DNA of 64,000 bases from an uncultured archaeon (GCA_964587725.1 CAZPLO010000005.1:20774-84773); one strand, 5' to 3'. Counted from the stretch's first letter, positions 12,582 through 23,294 are shown. A program made the numbers and translations. The notes: generated by a model from the sequence alone, not told the origin.

Positions 12582-13271
12582 TTAGTTTTTTTCGCGTTTC
12601 CGCCGCCATTCTTTGTGTGCCTGCAGGTTTCTCCGCAGTCTGTCGTCCATGGCTGTTAGTGCGCCGGGGTCTAGTTTTTCGGGGCCTGGTCTGGCGTATT
12701 CCTCCATGCGTTCCTCCATTTTCTTGGGGGTTGGGGGCCGCCATCCCTGCCGTAGTTTGCTCATGTATTCGACGTCGGTTTCGTGGTCTTCCACGAGCTG
12801 GAGTGTCTCCTTGATTCCGGTGCCCATTTCCACGTGCAGTATGGGTCGGGCGAAGTCCCGCAGCCTCATCATCCTCTGCATGGGGCCTGTTTTTTCCTCC
12901 TCCGCCTTTTTTCCCTCCAGTTCCTTCACCCTGTCCATGAGTTGTTCTATGTTTTCGCTGCTTTTCTCTATGACTTCTACGCCGGTGAGCTGGTCTTCGG
13001 GTTTTATGCCGGAGAATATTATCTTGTGTGTGAGGGGGTTCTGTTGTTCCGCGAGCTTCAGGATGTGGGCGGCGGTTACTCTGCCTTCCGGCCCCTCATA
13101 CGGCTGCACGTTCACGTCCGCCACGACGACGTCGTATTGCTCTTCCATGAGGCGGCCGTATGCCTCCTTGACGGAGTCCACCACCTCCGCAGGTATGCCC
13201 CTGCCTTCGTATTCGTCCTCCAGCAGAACCCCCAGGTTGCGGTCGTCCTCCAGGTGCAGCACCCTGCCCAT
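12582..13271 (-). CDS. response-regulator receiver domain protein with unknown C-terminal domain
   Basis: VLHLEDD, YDVVVAD (phosphoacceptor), IIFSG, IEKS. Confidence 0.75.
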   Translation of the reverse strand: MGRVLHLEDDRNLGVLLEDEYEGRGIPAEVVDSVKEAYGRLMEEQYDVVVADVNVQPYEGPEGRVTAAHILKLAEQQNPLTHKIIFSGIKPEDQLTGVEVIEKSSENIEQLMDRVKELEGKKAEEEKTGPMQRMMRLRDFARPILHVEMGTGIKETLQLVEDHETDVEYMSKLRQGWRPPTPKKMEERMEEYARPGPEKLDPGALTAMDDRLRRNLQAHKEWRRKREKN

Positions 13272-13297
13272 ACACTATATTAGGGTTTTCAAGGGTA

Positions 13298-13564
13298 TTA
13301 GTATCGTATGTCGAAGCCTTTCAGCCCCTGTTCCTCCTCCCACTTCACCTCTACATCGTCTACGTGGGCTCCGGTGGGGCCTTTTTTGCACCACTGTATC
13401 ATCGACCTTACAATGTCTTCTTCCCCTTCGAACACGGCTTCCACGCGTCCGTCGGACATGTTTCGCACCCACCCTGCGGCGCCCCGGGCTCTGGCCCTGT
13501 CTCTGGTTGAGGCCCTGTAGAATACTCCCTGCACTGTCCCGGTGACGTATACGTGGGCGCGCAT
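13298..13564 (-). CDS. acyP: acylphosphatase
   Basis: GTVQGVFYRA, GWVRN..DGRVEAVFEG. Confidence 0.95.
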   Translation of the reverse strand: MRAHVYVTGTVQGVFYRASTRDRARARGAAGWVRNMSDGRVEAVFEGEEDIVRSMIQWCKKGPTGAHVDDVEVKWEEEQGLKGFDIRY

Positions 13565-13596
13565 CTTATAATATATTGGGTTCCTATATTAACGGG

Positions 13597-14520
13597 ATGA
13601 AGGCTAAGGCTTTGTGCAACGGCGCGGCCACTATTATCACGGGTTTCGCGACCGGCAAGGGGGGGGCGTTCGGCCTCGATTTGAAGAATGAGACGTCGGT
13701 GGAGTTGAACGACTCCGGTAAAATCGAGTCCGTAGTCAACGGCGAAGAGGATGTGGGGTTGAAGCTGGCTGAGGCGGCGGTTAAGAGAACCTGCGAAAAA
13801 TACGGCATAGAATACAACGGCGCCTCAGTAAACACCGAATGCAACATCCCAGTGGCCGTCGGGCTGAAGACTTCGAGCGTCGCGGCGAACGCCATCGTTC
13901 TCGCAACCGCCGGAGCCATCGCCAAAGAAAAAGGGGAGGTCAAGGACATCCGGTTGAGCAAAACCTGTTCCGAGCAGAAGCTGTTCATCGGCGGCCGGGA
14001 AATCGAGCCGTTGGAACTCATTAACATCGGGATTGACGCGGCCTTCGACGCCAAAGTCACTGCGACGGGCGCATTGGATGATGCGTCCGCGTCTTTTTTG
14101 GGCGGTTATACGGTCACGGATAATTTGAAGCGGGAGCTCGTGTATCACGGCGGCATGGAGGAGTTGGATGTGGTGATTTTTGTGCCGGACGGCAAGAGCT
14201 ATTCCGGCGACATCAGGAAGGAGCAGGTGAAGGCGTTTGCAAAGGAGGTTGATTTAATCTGGGGTCAGGCCCGCGCTGAACGCGTGTACAGTGCCATCAC
14301 CTTGAACGGGATGATACACTGTGTCTGCTTCAACTATCCCATGGAGCCTGCTGTGAAGGCGTTGGAGGCGGGGGCATTATGCGCGGGCTTGTCGGGCACG
14401 GGTCCGTCGGTCGTTGCCTTGACAAGGGAGGACCCTAAGGCCATCAAGGACGCGTGGAACGATTTCGAGGGCTCCGTCCTTCTAGCCAAGACGAACAATA
14501 ATCAGGCGAAGCTACTATGA
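13597..14520 (+). CDS. aroK: archaeal GHMP-family shikimate kinase
   Basis: GAATII..FATGKGGA, IPVAVGLKTSS..ANA, TATGALDDASAS, AGLSGTGP; ATG at 13597. Confidence 0.9.
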   Translation: MKAKALCNGAATIITGFATGKGGAFGLDLKNETSVELNDSGKIESVVNGEEDVGLKLAEAAVKRTCEKYGIEYNGASVNTECNIPVAVGLKTSSVAANAIVLATAGAIAKEKGEVKDIRLSKTCSEQKLFIGGREIEPLELINIGIDAAFDAKVTATGALDDASASFLGGYTVTDNLKRELVYHGGMEELDVVIFVPDGKSYSGDIRKEQVKAFAKEVDLIWGQARAERVYSAITLNGMIHCVCFNYPMEPAVKALEAGALCAGLSGTGPSVVALTREDPKAIKDAWNDFEGSVLLAKTNNNQAKLL

Positions 14521-14936
14521 CTGTCGTAACAGACCATATCGAGCTTAAAACGATTGCGGACGGCGGCATGCATGATATTACGGAGGAGGTTCAGCAGTGT
14601 GTGAGCAAATCCGGCCTCCAAAACGGCGTTGCCGTGGTTTTTTGTCCGGGCAGCACCGGCGCAATCTCAACGGTGGAGTTCGAGCCGGGCCTCCAGAAGG
14701 ACATCCCCCTCGCATTGGAGCGCATTGCGCCGTCGGGCCAGCACTACTTCCACCACGAAACCTGGCATGATGACAACGGCCGCGGCCACGTCCGCGCCAC
14801 ATTAATAGGGCCGGATATTTCGGTCCCGTTCATTAAGGGGCAGTTGACACTAGGCACATGGCAGCAAATCGTCTTCATCGAATGCGACACCAAAAACCGC
14901 AATCGAAAGCTGATAGTGCAGGTGGTGGGGGAATAA
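14517..14936 (+). CDS. YjbQ/UPF0047 family protein
   Basis: HDITEEV, GSTGAI...E.EPGL, H..NG..H.RATLIG, LTLGTWQQIVFIE. Confidence 0.92.
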   Translation: MTVVTDHIELKTIADGGMHDITEEVQQCVSKSGLQNGVAVVFCPGSTGAISTVEFEPGLQKDIPLALERIAPSGQHYFHHETWHDDNGRGHVRATLIGPDISVPFIKGQLTLGTWQQIVFIECDTKNRNRKLIVQVVGE

Positions 14937-14939
14937 AAA

Positions 14940-14977
14940 TTCTAGTATTTTAAGCATTTTTCCTTCAAATACTAGAA
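14940..14977. terminator. 11-bp perfect inverted repeat (TTCTAGTATTT-N16-AAATACTAGAA) after yjbQ: terminator or operator
   Basis: Read directly; sits at the GC-to-AT boundary of the CRISPR-Cas island. Confidence 0.45.
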
Positions 14978-15289
14978 AAAATCATTAAAATAGTAGAATC
15001 GTATGTGTGTCATTAGATATTTTTCCGCCAGTTTAGCGGTATTTCTGTATGCATCAATAGAACATACAGGATGATAGCTTTTGTTTGGAGAGGTAGTGTC
15101 CAGAGTAGGTATACTGTTGCTAGTGCCTTTAGTGGGAAGAGCGTATCCAGTTTTAGTTTCAGATGATAGGTGTCCATGGAGACTACTGTGGGGTATTGGT
15201 AGAAAAACCTTATGTGTCCTTTGGAAAAATTATTATTTTTCCTGTGGATGGAACCTATTTTTAAAAGAAAAACACCCAGAGTTAACTGG

Positions 15290-16066
15290 GTGGTTACGAT
15301 ACGCTTACTCCTAAAGCTTAGGTCGCTGAAAGACACAGCCTATGATGTTGAATACTACCACAAGCTACAAGGAGTGATATATAACGCTATTCGTTCGTTG
15401 TATCCGCAACTGCATGACTTGGATGGTTACCGTTTTTTCTGTTTCAGTAACATCTTTCCTCTGAAGGTTCAAAACGGCAGTATCCCGCCTATCCGTGAGG
15501 GCGGGAAACGGTATCTCATGGTCTCCAGCCCGGACAGGGCGTTCATCAAGGCCTTCCAAGATGGCTTGGATGAGGAAATCCATATCGGAGACATGAGTTT
15601 CCAGGTGGAGGACGTGAAGCCTTTAAACATTAAACTGGACGGCGACTGCACTCTGGTGTCTGCCACCCCGATTGTGGTGCGTATCCCGGAATACAACTAC
15701 GACAAATACAATATCCCCGAGGAATCAAGGAAAAACCGGTACGTCTACTGGCGCCGCAACCTGCCTTTCAACGTGTTCGTCCGCCAGATGGAGGAGAACC
15801 TGTACAAAAAATACAATGAATACCACAACACACAGGTGGAAGAAGAACCATTATTCCAGCAGTTCAAACTCAAAAAAGCCCCGGTAATAACCCACACCAT
15901 GATAGACGGACAAAAAATACAGTTAGTGGGAAGCCTATGGGAATTCCCCATAAAAAAACCCACCCAAAAACAAAAAAAGATACTGGAGTTTTCCCTGGAC
16001 TGCGGGTTCGGGGAACGAAACCCACTAGGACACGGATACACAAACAAAAAACAAAAAAACACATAA
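15290..16066 (+). CDS. cas6: CRISPR endoribonuclease Cas6 (start uncertain)
   Basis: RLLLKL start, LHD..GYRFFCFSNIF, C-terminal Gly loop GFGERNPLGHG. Confidence 0.92.
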   Translation: MVTIRLLLKLRSLKDTAYDVEYYHKLQGVIYNAIRSLYPQLHDLDGYRFFCFSNIFPLKVQNGSIPPIREGGKRYLMVSSPDRAFIKAFQDGLDEEIHIGDMSFQVEDVKPLNIKLDGDCTLVSATPIVVRIPEYNYDKYNIPEESRKNRYVYWRRNLPFNVFVRQMEENLYKKYNEYHNTQVEEEPLFQQFKLKKAPVITHTMIDGQKIQLVGSLWEFPIKKPTQKQKKILEFSLDCGFGERNPLGHGYTNKKQKNT

Positions 16067-16069
16067 AAA

Positions 16070-17425
16070 ATGCAGAAAGAAGTACTATACCAAACAACAG
16101 GAAACCCCTTTGTGGACGCTGGAATGTGGGCCATATGTGAATGGGTGGGAAAAAATAATCCAGAGAAGATAACTAAAGAAGATTTGAAAAAGGCGGTAGA
16201 TGATGTTGTTCCAATATACCTCACCAAAGGTTGGTCTAAGAGTTTCCAATCCATCTTTCCTAATAATCCGGTGATTAATCCATCTGTCAAAAAGGAAGAC
16301 AAGAAGAAACGATTTATGGATTACCTTAATCTACTCATAGACTCCAGTGAAACATTAGGGAGTTCGGGATGTTGTGTGAGCTGTGGCCAGAGAGATACAA
16401 CAAGACTTAGAAAAAAGGATGAAATACCATTACTGGGTTCTGGGGGACTCATCAATTTTTTTCCCATGGGGCAGGAGGGTGCAGATTATTGTCCCACATG
16501 CACATTTGCAGTTCAATTCGCACCCCTATCTCTCTATTCCTGCTTTAGATTACTTCTATTACATTCAAATTCAGAAAAAGTTATGAAGTATTGGTCAAGA
16601 AAGGCCATTAGTGAAGTTCGGGGACAGGTTATTAAAAAAGATTATACCGGTTGTTTTGATGAGGGTTATAAGAATGCTGAAAATGCAATGTTTCACATTA
16701 TTCAAGACATTATACTTGAATATGATGAAAAATGGCTACAAGAGAATCCATCGATTATTTTTTACCGTTTCACCAACTACATACAAACCCCTGACCTAGA
16801 AATTTATCGAGTGCCCACACCTGTTTTTAGATTTCTCTCATATGTGAAGCAACACCATGCATACAGCGAATGGCAAAAAGTTGTGAGGAAGGGATATGTT
16901 AATATTAATTGGGATAAAGTTAAGGCTGAAGGAGACTACAGGAATAAACGGAACAAAGTTTACTTTAATCTTTTGAATAATCACTCAATAACCGGTTTCT
17001 TTGTAGAAAATAAAGGGAGAAAAGTTATAGGTGATTGGAGTCTTTTTTCATATTACTTAGAGGAGGTACGAAACATGGATAAGAAACGATTGGCAACGCT
17101 TAAAAAAGTCGGGGATGAACTGTCTGAATATATCAAAAAGACAGAAAATATTACACGGTTGAATCAACTTGAAATGGCAAAAAAATACTACACTTTTAGA
17201 AACATTTTAAGAAAGATAATAAAAGAGCGGGTTAAAATAGGGGAGAAAACCCCATTATTTTCATTGGAGGAATACGTGGAAGACTTATTTCCTGAAGGTG
17301 CAATGGGATGGAATGAAACACGAGATATCCTACTGTTTAGGATATACGAAAATCTTCATGGCTGGCTTATAAGCCGAAAGGATGTAAAAGAAAATGTAAT
17401 TGAGGAAGAAATGGAGGAGGAATAA
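16070..17425 (+). CDS. cas8b1: type I-B Cas8b1/Cst1 large subunit (CXXC-CXXC)
   Basis: TGNPFVDAG N-terminus, CVSC...CPTC, position between cas6 and cas7. Confidence 0.85.
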   Translation: MQKEVLYQTTGNPFVDAGMWAICEWVGKNNPEKITKEDLKKAVDDVVPIYLTKGWSKSFQSIFPNNPVINPSVKKEDKKKRFMDYLNLLIDSSETLGSSGCCVSCGQRDTTRLRKKDEIPLLGSGGLINFFPMGQEGADYCPTCTFAVQFAPLSLYSCFRLLLLHSNSEKVMKYWSRKAISEVRGQVIKKDYTGCFDEGYKNAENAMFHIIQDIILEYDEKWLQENPSIIFYRFTNYIQTPDLEIYRVPTPVFRFLSYVKQHHAYSEWQKVVRKGYVNINWDKVKAEGDYRNKRNKVYFNLLNNHSITGFFVENKGRKVIGDWSLFSYYLEEVRNMDKKRLATLKKVGDELSEYIKKTENITRLNQLEMAKKYYTFRNILRKIIKERVKIGEKTPLFSLEEYVEDLFPEGAMGWNETRDILLFRIYENLHGWLISRKDVKENVIEEEMEEE

Positions 17426-17427
17426 AA

Positions 17428-18432
17428 ATGACGAAAAATGTGAATGGATTTATGTTGGTAGATGCGCCACATTCTGCTTTAAATAATGCAGGCATGGATG
17501 CTGGAGAACGGACAGATAACATTGTTCGTGTTAAAACAATAAGGCGTGGAAGAGATGTTTATCCCTATGTCTCTGGCCAGGCACTACGATACTGGTGGCG
17601 AGACACCTTAGGAAAAAAATTTGGGTGGAAGCTATCCCCAGTAAAACGCGAGAAAAAAGTTGCCTTCACTGAAGCCAATCCAGTGGAATACGATGACGAC
17701 GACGTCTTTGGTTATATGAGGGCTCTAAAAAAGGAGGACGGTGGGACAGTAACTCGTATTTCCCCATTGAAAAACTCCCCGCTAATGTCTGTTATACCAC
17801 AAAGACCTACTAGTGATTTTGGAGTGATGGCAAGGCAAGATGAAGGAGATCCGGTACCCTATGAACATGAATTTTATTCAACCGTATTGAAAAGCATCTT
17901 CTCTCTCGATCTAGATTATATAGGTGTTTTCCATGAGAAGGAAAAGACAGGTTATAAAAATATGTACCCCGAACTAATGAGGGTAGCAAAGAAAAACAAG
18001 GCAAAACAGGATGATGGAAAATGGATTATGCCTAAAAAAGTGAGGCAAAAGAGGGCTATGGAGGTCATAAAGGCTTTACCCTATCTCAGTGGAGGTGCAA
18101 AATTAACTCCCCACTTAACCGATGTCTCTCCAAAGCTGATATTACTAACGGTTTTGGATTGTGGGAACCATATTTTCATGAATCTAGCTCAAGAAGAAGA
18201 CGGGAAACCAACGGTCAGCATCGATGCTTTCAACCAAGTGGTTGAAGACTACTCGGATAACATATTAACTGATATATACATCGGGCGGAGGGAGGGATTC
18301 ATGGACGACTTAGACGGAGAATTCAAGAGTCTTGTGAAAGAACATAGTGGTAAAGAAAATAAGGTAGTTTATGGATCAGTCAATGACATAGTAGATGGAT
18401 TTGTCGAGGAAATAAAATCTCTGATGAGTTAG
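17428..18432 (+). CDS. cas7: type I-B Cas7/Cst2/DevR
   Basis: YPYVSGQALRYWWR, DDDVFGYM, TRISPLK, PYEHEFYS. Confidence 0.93.
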   Translation: MTKNVNGFMLVDAPHSALNNAGMDAGERTDNIVRVKTIRRGRDVYPYVSGQALRYWWRDTLGKKFGWKLSPVKREKKVAFTEANPVEYDDDDVFGYMRALKKEDGGTVTRISPLKNSPLMSVIPQRPTSDFGVMARQDEGDPVPYEHEFYSTVLKSIFSLDLDYIGVFHEKEKTGYKNMYPELMRVAKKNKAKQDDGKWIMPKKVRQKRAMEVIKALPYLSGGAKLTPHLTDVSPKLILLTVLDCGNHIFMNLAQEEDGKPTVSIDAFNQVVEDYSDNILTDIYIGRREGFMDDLDGEFKSLVKEHSGKENKVVYGSVNDIVDGFVEEIKSLMS

Positions 18433-19062
18433 ATGATGAAGGCATTAAGGGTCACTATAGAAGGATGGACAGCATCCTTTAGGCATCCTGGATTTATCAG
18501 TGGATATCAACCCACATTACCTTCTCCTCCCTTGAGCACAATCTTTGGGTTAATATCTGCTGCGAAAGGCGAACCGGTAACTCCAGAGGATATAACAGTG
18601 GGTTATGTGTTCACTTCAGAATCTACTGGAGTAGACTTGGAGACAATATACGAGTTAAGTCCGAATTTGAAGGCTAAATCAAATGTTGTCAAACGCGAAT
18701 TTCTCCTGAACCCTGTCTTACACTTATACTTAAATGACGTAAGCTACGAGAAATATTTCAAAAAACCAGCATACCCTCTACTTTTAGGTAGATCAAGCGA
18801 CTTGGCAGTAGTTACAAGTATAGAAGAAGTGGACTTGGCTCAAAGAAAAAACGTTCAGTTGGGTAATACTATCCTCCCTTTAGAAGTTTCTAGTGCTCAG
18901 GGGGTGGTTAAGGCATTACCAACACACTTCACTGATTCCATACCCCGAAGGGCAAGAGGAACCCGACCATTCATCCTATCCGACACACTCTTCACATACC
19001 CAGGAGAATGCTTATATGACGAAGAGAAGGGGTGGGGCGTATGGCTGCATGAAAATAGGTGA
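18433..19062 (+). CDS. cas5: type I-B Cas5
   Basis: WTASFRHP...QPTLPSPPLSTIFGLISAAKG, LLGRSSDL. Confidence 0.93.
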   Translation: MMKALRVTIEGWTASFRHPGFISGYQPTLPSPPLSTIFGLISAAKGEPVTPEDITVGYVFTSESTGVDLETIYELSPNLKAKSNVVKREFLLNPVLHLYLNDVSYEKYFKKPAYPLLLGRSSDLAVVTSIEEVDLAQRKNVQLGNTILPLEVSSAQGVVKALPTHFTDSIPRRARGTRPFILSDTLFTYPGECLYDEEKGWGVWLHENR

Positions 19063-21268
19063 TACGCCCTTGGTTCTTCTCGCAAAACCTGATGAAACCA
19101 TCCTAGAACACACAGAGAATGCCTTATCTGTTTTTAAAAGTATTAGAGAATCCTTTCCACACATAGCACAACTATGTGGAGTTGATGATTTTTGGGAACA
19201 CTTATTCCTTTCGATTTTCTTCCATGATTTTGGAAAAGCAGCCACGGGTTTCCAGAAAATGCTTAAGTACGGTAAAAAGTGGGGATACCGGCATGAAATA
19301 CTCTCGGCAGGATTCGTGAGTTCGTTAGAGTATAGCAATCCACTATACAAAGACGCAGTGGGGTTAACTATAATAACACATCACAAGGATATAATGGAGT
19401 TAAGGAGTAGATATAACACATATCCCAGCCCTGTAGGTAAAATAGAATATGAAAACAGGTTATCTGAACTTGAAGAAAACTTTTATGAAATATCTGATTA
19501 TTTCGACCATCTACCTAAAATGAGTAAAAAATATTTAGGATATTCTCTTTCCTTATCACCCCCAAACTCGATTAATGATTTGACCGATACATATAAAGAA
19601 ATTGTTCTTGAGTATTGGAATAATTATTCGGATAGAAACAAGACAATCCTTCATGGTAAATACGGCATATTTCTAAAAGGTTTGTTAAATGCATGCGACC
19701 ACTTGTCTTCTGCAAAAAAAAGAACTATCTTAAATGCTGTAGAGGATATGAGACAAGTGTTTCCTTTTGAAGAGTTAAGAGAGATTCAGGAAAAATCTCT
19801 TAAAACTAAAGGCAATTCATTTTTAACAGCCCCTACCGGAAGTGGCAAAACGGAGGCTGCATTATTTTGGAGTGATGCAAACCAAAATAGGATACGATCT
19901 CGAAGAGTCTTTTATTTGTTACCATACACTGCAAGTATTAATGCAATGTATCAGAGACTACAATCTGCTTTTGGAAGAAAGGATTTAGTTGGGCTAAAAC
20001 ATGGCAAAGCAACCTATTTTCTATACAAAACTTTTTCAGAAGATCATGATTATTATACTGCCAGAGAGAAAGCCAGAGAAATCAGTAATCTCACAAAAAA
20101 GATATATCGACCATATAAAGTTATGACTCCTTTTCAACTTCTAAAAGCGTTTTTTGGAGCCAAATATTTCGAACTTCAAATGTCTGAGATGAGTAATTCT
20201 CTAATTATCTTGGATGAGATCCATTCATATGATGCACACACAACTGCTTTGATACTTGAGATGTTGAAGATTCTAACCAAGGAATATCAATCAGATATAT
20301 TTATAATGTCTGCTACATTACCTTCATTTATTAAAGAGATGTTTCGCCAAGAGTTGGATATTCATGCTGAAATTTTCATGGATAAGTCTAAATTAAAAGA
20401 ATTTACAAGACATAAAATCAATTTGATAGATGGTGACATTCTACAACATATTGATAAAATCAAGGAGGATATTAAAGACAAAAAAAGACTATTGGTTGTA
20501 TGTAACACAGTCTCAAGGGCTCAAGAAGTATTCCAATTTCTGTCTCCTGGAATAAAAAGTGCTCTGTTACATGGCAAATTTGTTCTAAAAGATAGAGAGC
20601 GTATTGAGGGAAAACTTAATAATGTGGATCTTCTTGTCGGAACACAAGCCATTGAAGTATCCTTGGACATTGACTATGATGTCATATACTCAGAACCTGC
20701 ACCAATCGATGCATTAATACAACGTTTTGGGCGTGTTAATAGAAAAGGGTGGATGAAAAATATAATAGTGCCAGTTTATGTGTTCACTAAAGGATCTGAT
20801 AATGATAAATACATCTATGATTCAGAGATTGTCAAGACAACTTTAGATAGTCTTAATGGACTAAATTTGCTTTCAGAGGATATTATTCAAGATATAGTTG
20901 ATAAGATATACTCTGACGGGTATACTGGTAAAAAGAGGGAAGAATTTAATCAAGTTGTAAAACATTTCAAAAAATTCTACGAAGATGTTGTCCCTTTCAT
21001 TTACAAAAAAGAAAAAATGGAGGAATTTTACTCTCTATTCAAATCCTATGAAGTTGTCCCGCTTCAATATAAATTAGATTATCTCAATGAAATTGAAAAC
21101 AAAAAATATCTAAACGCTTTGGGTTACTTCACCTCTATAAGTGTGGGTCAATTTAAAAAACTTGAAAAAGAAAACAGGATAATACAAGAACAAGACACTT
21201 TCTTTGTTAATTCGGAGTACAATACAGAATTGGGTATCCTATTGGCAGAAGAAGACAATATAATCTAA
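19049..21268 (+). CDS. cas3: Cas3 HD nuclease-helicase
   Basis: HDFGKA (HD), APTGSGKTE, DEIH, MSAT, QRFGRVNR; ATG at 19049. Confidence 0.96.
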   Translation: MKIGDTPLVLLAKPDETILEHTENALSVFKSIRESFPHIAQLCGVDDFWEHLFLSIFFHDFGKAATGFQKMLKYGKKWGYRHEILSAGFVSSLEYSNPLYKDAVGLTIITHHKDIMELRSRYNTYPSPVGKIEYENRLSELEENFYEISDYFDHLPKMSKKYLGYSLSLSPPNSINDLTDTYKEIVLEYWNNYSDRNKTILHGKYGIFLKGLLNACDHLSSAKKRTILNAVEDMRQVFPFEELREIQEKSLKTKGNSFLTAPTGSGKTEAALFWSDANQNRIRSRRVFYLLPYTASINAMYQRLQSAFGRKDLVGLKHGKATYFLYKTFSEDHDYYTAREKAREISNLTKKIYRPYKVMTPFQLLKAFFGAKYFELQMSEMSNSLIILDEIHSYDAHTTALILEMLKILTKEYQSDIFIMSATLPSFIKEMFRQELDIHAEIFMDKSKLKEFTRHKINLIDGDILQHIDKIKEDIKDKKRLLVVCNTVSRAQEVFQFLSPGIKSALLHGKFVLKDRERIEGKLNNVDLLVGTQAIEVSLDIDYDVIYSEPAPIDALIQRFGRVNRKGWMKNIIVPVYVFTKGSDNDKYIYDSEIVKTTLDSLNGLNLLSEDIIQDIVDKIYSDGYTGKKREEFNQVVKHFKKFYEDVVPFIYKKEKMEEFYSLFKSYEVVPLQYKLDYLNEIENKKYLNALGYFTSISVGQFKKLEKENRIIQEQDTFFVNSEYNTELGILLAEEDNII

Positions 21269-21403
21269 TTGTTTTTGGGTAATAGAGTTTTGAGTGAGTT
21301 TTTGTCTCTTTGTGTGTTTTTTTACCATCTTTTTGTTTTCTTTACTATACTTTTTTCGTCATTGAACATCAAGATATTATGTGAGGGTGTATGGGTGATT
21401 GAT

Positions 21404-21940
21404 ATGGTGGACAGAGGACAGGCAACAGGAGAGCCATCTTACGTGCCTCCTCAGGCTTATTTCACTGGCACTCAGGTAAACTATTTTATCGTCTGTAGGA
21501 GGAAGTTGTGGTTGTTTAGTCGTTTTGTTCGTTTGGAGCAGGAGAGTGAGTTGGTTAAGTTGGGTAAACTCTTGCATGAGGGTAGTTATCGCAGGTCTAA
21601 GGAGGTTGATCTGGGGCCTATTGTTGTTGATTTCATGAGGGAGGGGGAGGATCTTGTTTTGCATGAGGTGAAGAAGAGCCGGAAGCTGGAGGACGCCCAC
21701 GTCTATCAGATGTTGTATTACCTGTATTATTTGAAGCAGAAGGGTGTTGTGGCGGTGGGTCGGATTGATTATCCGAAAATCCGTAAGACGGAGGATGTGG
21801 TGCTGACTCCTGAAAAAGAGGAGGAGGTGGAGGGTATTTTAGAGTCTATACGTGATGTTTTAAGTAGAGATAGGCCTCCGGAGGTTGAGAAAAAGCGGAT
21901 TTGCCGGAAGTGTAGTTATTTTGAGTTTTGTTGGGCATGA
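21404..21940 (+). CDS. cas4: Cas4 exonuclease
   Basis: CRRKLW, GKLLHE, EVKKS, QMLYYLY, CRKCSYFEFC. Confidence 0.95.
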   Translation: MVDRGQATGEPSYVPPQAYFTGTQVNYFIVCRRKLWLFSRFVRLEQESELVKLGKLLHEGSYRRSKEVDLGPIVVDFMREGEDLVLHEVKKSRKLEDAHVYQMLYYLYYLKQKGVVAVGRIDYPKIRKTEDVVLTPEKEEEVEGILESIRDVLSRDRPPEVEKKRICRKCSYFEFCWA

Positions 21941-22926
21941 AGGAGAGTTACTACATCACCCAGGATGGTGTTTTGAAGCGGAAGCAGAATACCGTGTATT
22001 TCATCAACAAAGACGAGAAAAGGATTCTGCCAGTGGAAAAGATCCACTCAATTTATGCATTAGGTAGCCTCTCCTTTACTTCGGGTGTAGTATCTTATCT
22101 GGCTAAGAAGGGTGTTCCGATTCATTTCTTTAATTATTATGGCTTCTATGAGGCAAGTCTTTATCCGAGGGAGCAGTTGGTTTCCGGTGATGTTTTAGTC
22201 CACCAGGTAGGGCACTATGTGGATTTGGATAAACGGCTTCTTTTGGCCCGGGAGTTTATCAGGGGTTGTGGGGGGAATTGTCTTAAGAATCTTGAGTACT
22301 ACGGTAGGACTAAAGGGGGTTTAGCGGAGGATATATCTAAGGTTGAAGGTATTTTGGCGGGTTTGGATGGGGCTGATACAGTGGAGGAGGTTTTGAGTGT
22401 GGAGGGTAATATGTGGAATACGTATTATGGTTGTTTTGACCGTATTCTGCCAGAGAAATTCTGTTTTGAGAAGCGGACTAGGAGGCCGCCGGAGAACATG
22501 GTTAACTGCTTGATTTCCTTTGGTAATTCGCTTTTGTATTCCACTGTGTTGAGTGAAATTTATCATACACAGCTTAATCCTACGGTTTCGTTTTTGCATG
22601 AACCGAGTGACCGGAGGTTTAGTCTGAGTCTGGATTTGGCGGAAGTGTTTAAGCCGTTGCTTGTGGACCGGGTTATCTTTAAGTTGTTGAATAAGGGTAT
22701 GTTAGGTGACGGTGATTTCAGGAGGGATGTTAATTATTGTTTGTTGAATGACCGGGGTAGAAAGACGTTTCTCCGGGAGTGGGATGACCGCCTTCATACT
22801 ACTATAAAGCATAGGCGGTTGGGTAGGAAGGTTTCTTACAGGCGGCTAATCAGGTTGGAGTGTTATAAATTGGTTAAACATATTCTGGGGGATAAAGAGT
22901 ATGTGGCGTTCCAGATTTGGTGGTAG
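21937..22926 (+). CDS. cas1: type I-B Cas1 integrase
   Basis: HFFNYYGFY, RTRRPPENMVN.LISFGNS, SFLHEP..RRFSLSLDLAEVFKP. Confidence 0.97.
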   Translation: MKESYYITQDGVLKRKQNTVYFINKDEKRILPVEKIHSIYALGSLSFTSGVVSYLAKKGVPIHFFNYYGFYEASLYPREQLVSGDVLVHQVGHYVDLDKRLLLAREFIRGCGGNCLKNLEYYGRTKGGLAEDISKVEGILAGLDGADTVEEVLSVEGNMWNTYYGCFDRILPEKFCFEKRTRRPPENMVNCLISFGNSLLYSTVLSEIYHTQLNPTVSFLHEPSDRRFSLSLDLAEVFKPLLVDRVIFKLLNKGMLGDGDFRRDVNYCLLNDRGRKTFLREWDDRLHTTIKHRRLGRKVSYRRLIRLECYKLVKHILGDKEYVAFQIWW

Positions 22927-22929
22927 ATA

Positions 22930-23193
22930 ATGTATGTAGTGGTAGTCTATGATGTGGCGGTTGAGCGGGTGAATAAGGTATGTAAGTACTTGAGGACTCG
23001 GTTGAATTGGGTGCAGAATAGTGTTTTTGAAGGGGAATTAACTAAGGCAGAATTAGTTGAATTGGAGTTGGGTCTTGGAGACTTGATTGATAAAGAAGCA
23101 GACTCCATCCTGTTTTACCTGATTCGTTCCCAGAAAGCCTTAACACGTAAGAAAATGGGTGTTGAGAAGGTTGAATTAGACCGAATAATCTAG
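22930..23193 (+). CDS. cas2: Cas2
   Basis: YVVVVYDV, LNWVQNSVFEG. Confidence 0.96.
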   Translation: MYVVVVYDVAVERVNKVCKYLRTRLNWVQNSVFEGELTKAELVELELGLGDLIDKEADSILFYLIRSQKALTRKKMGVEKVELDRII

Positions 23194-23294
23194 TATTCGT
23201 GGATCTTTTTAAATAAAATACATTTTTAGCCATCCAAGAGAAAAATACATAACAATCAGTAATAGAGGCCACAAAACTCCTGTTTCACGGACGG
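23194..23294 (+). promoter_or_regulatory. CRISPR leader
   Basis: AT-rich 101 bp between cas2 and the first repeat with a TTTAAATA box; repeats end in ATTGAAAT and the degenerate repeat lies at the far end. Confidence 0.7.

Noticed and set aside
14980-15290. CreTA-like mini-array upstream of cas6
   Set aside because: Only small hairpins and loose GTGTCC recurrences were seen; no convincing degenerate repeat pair or mini-ORF toxin
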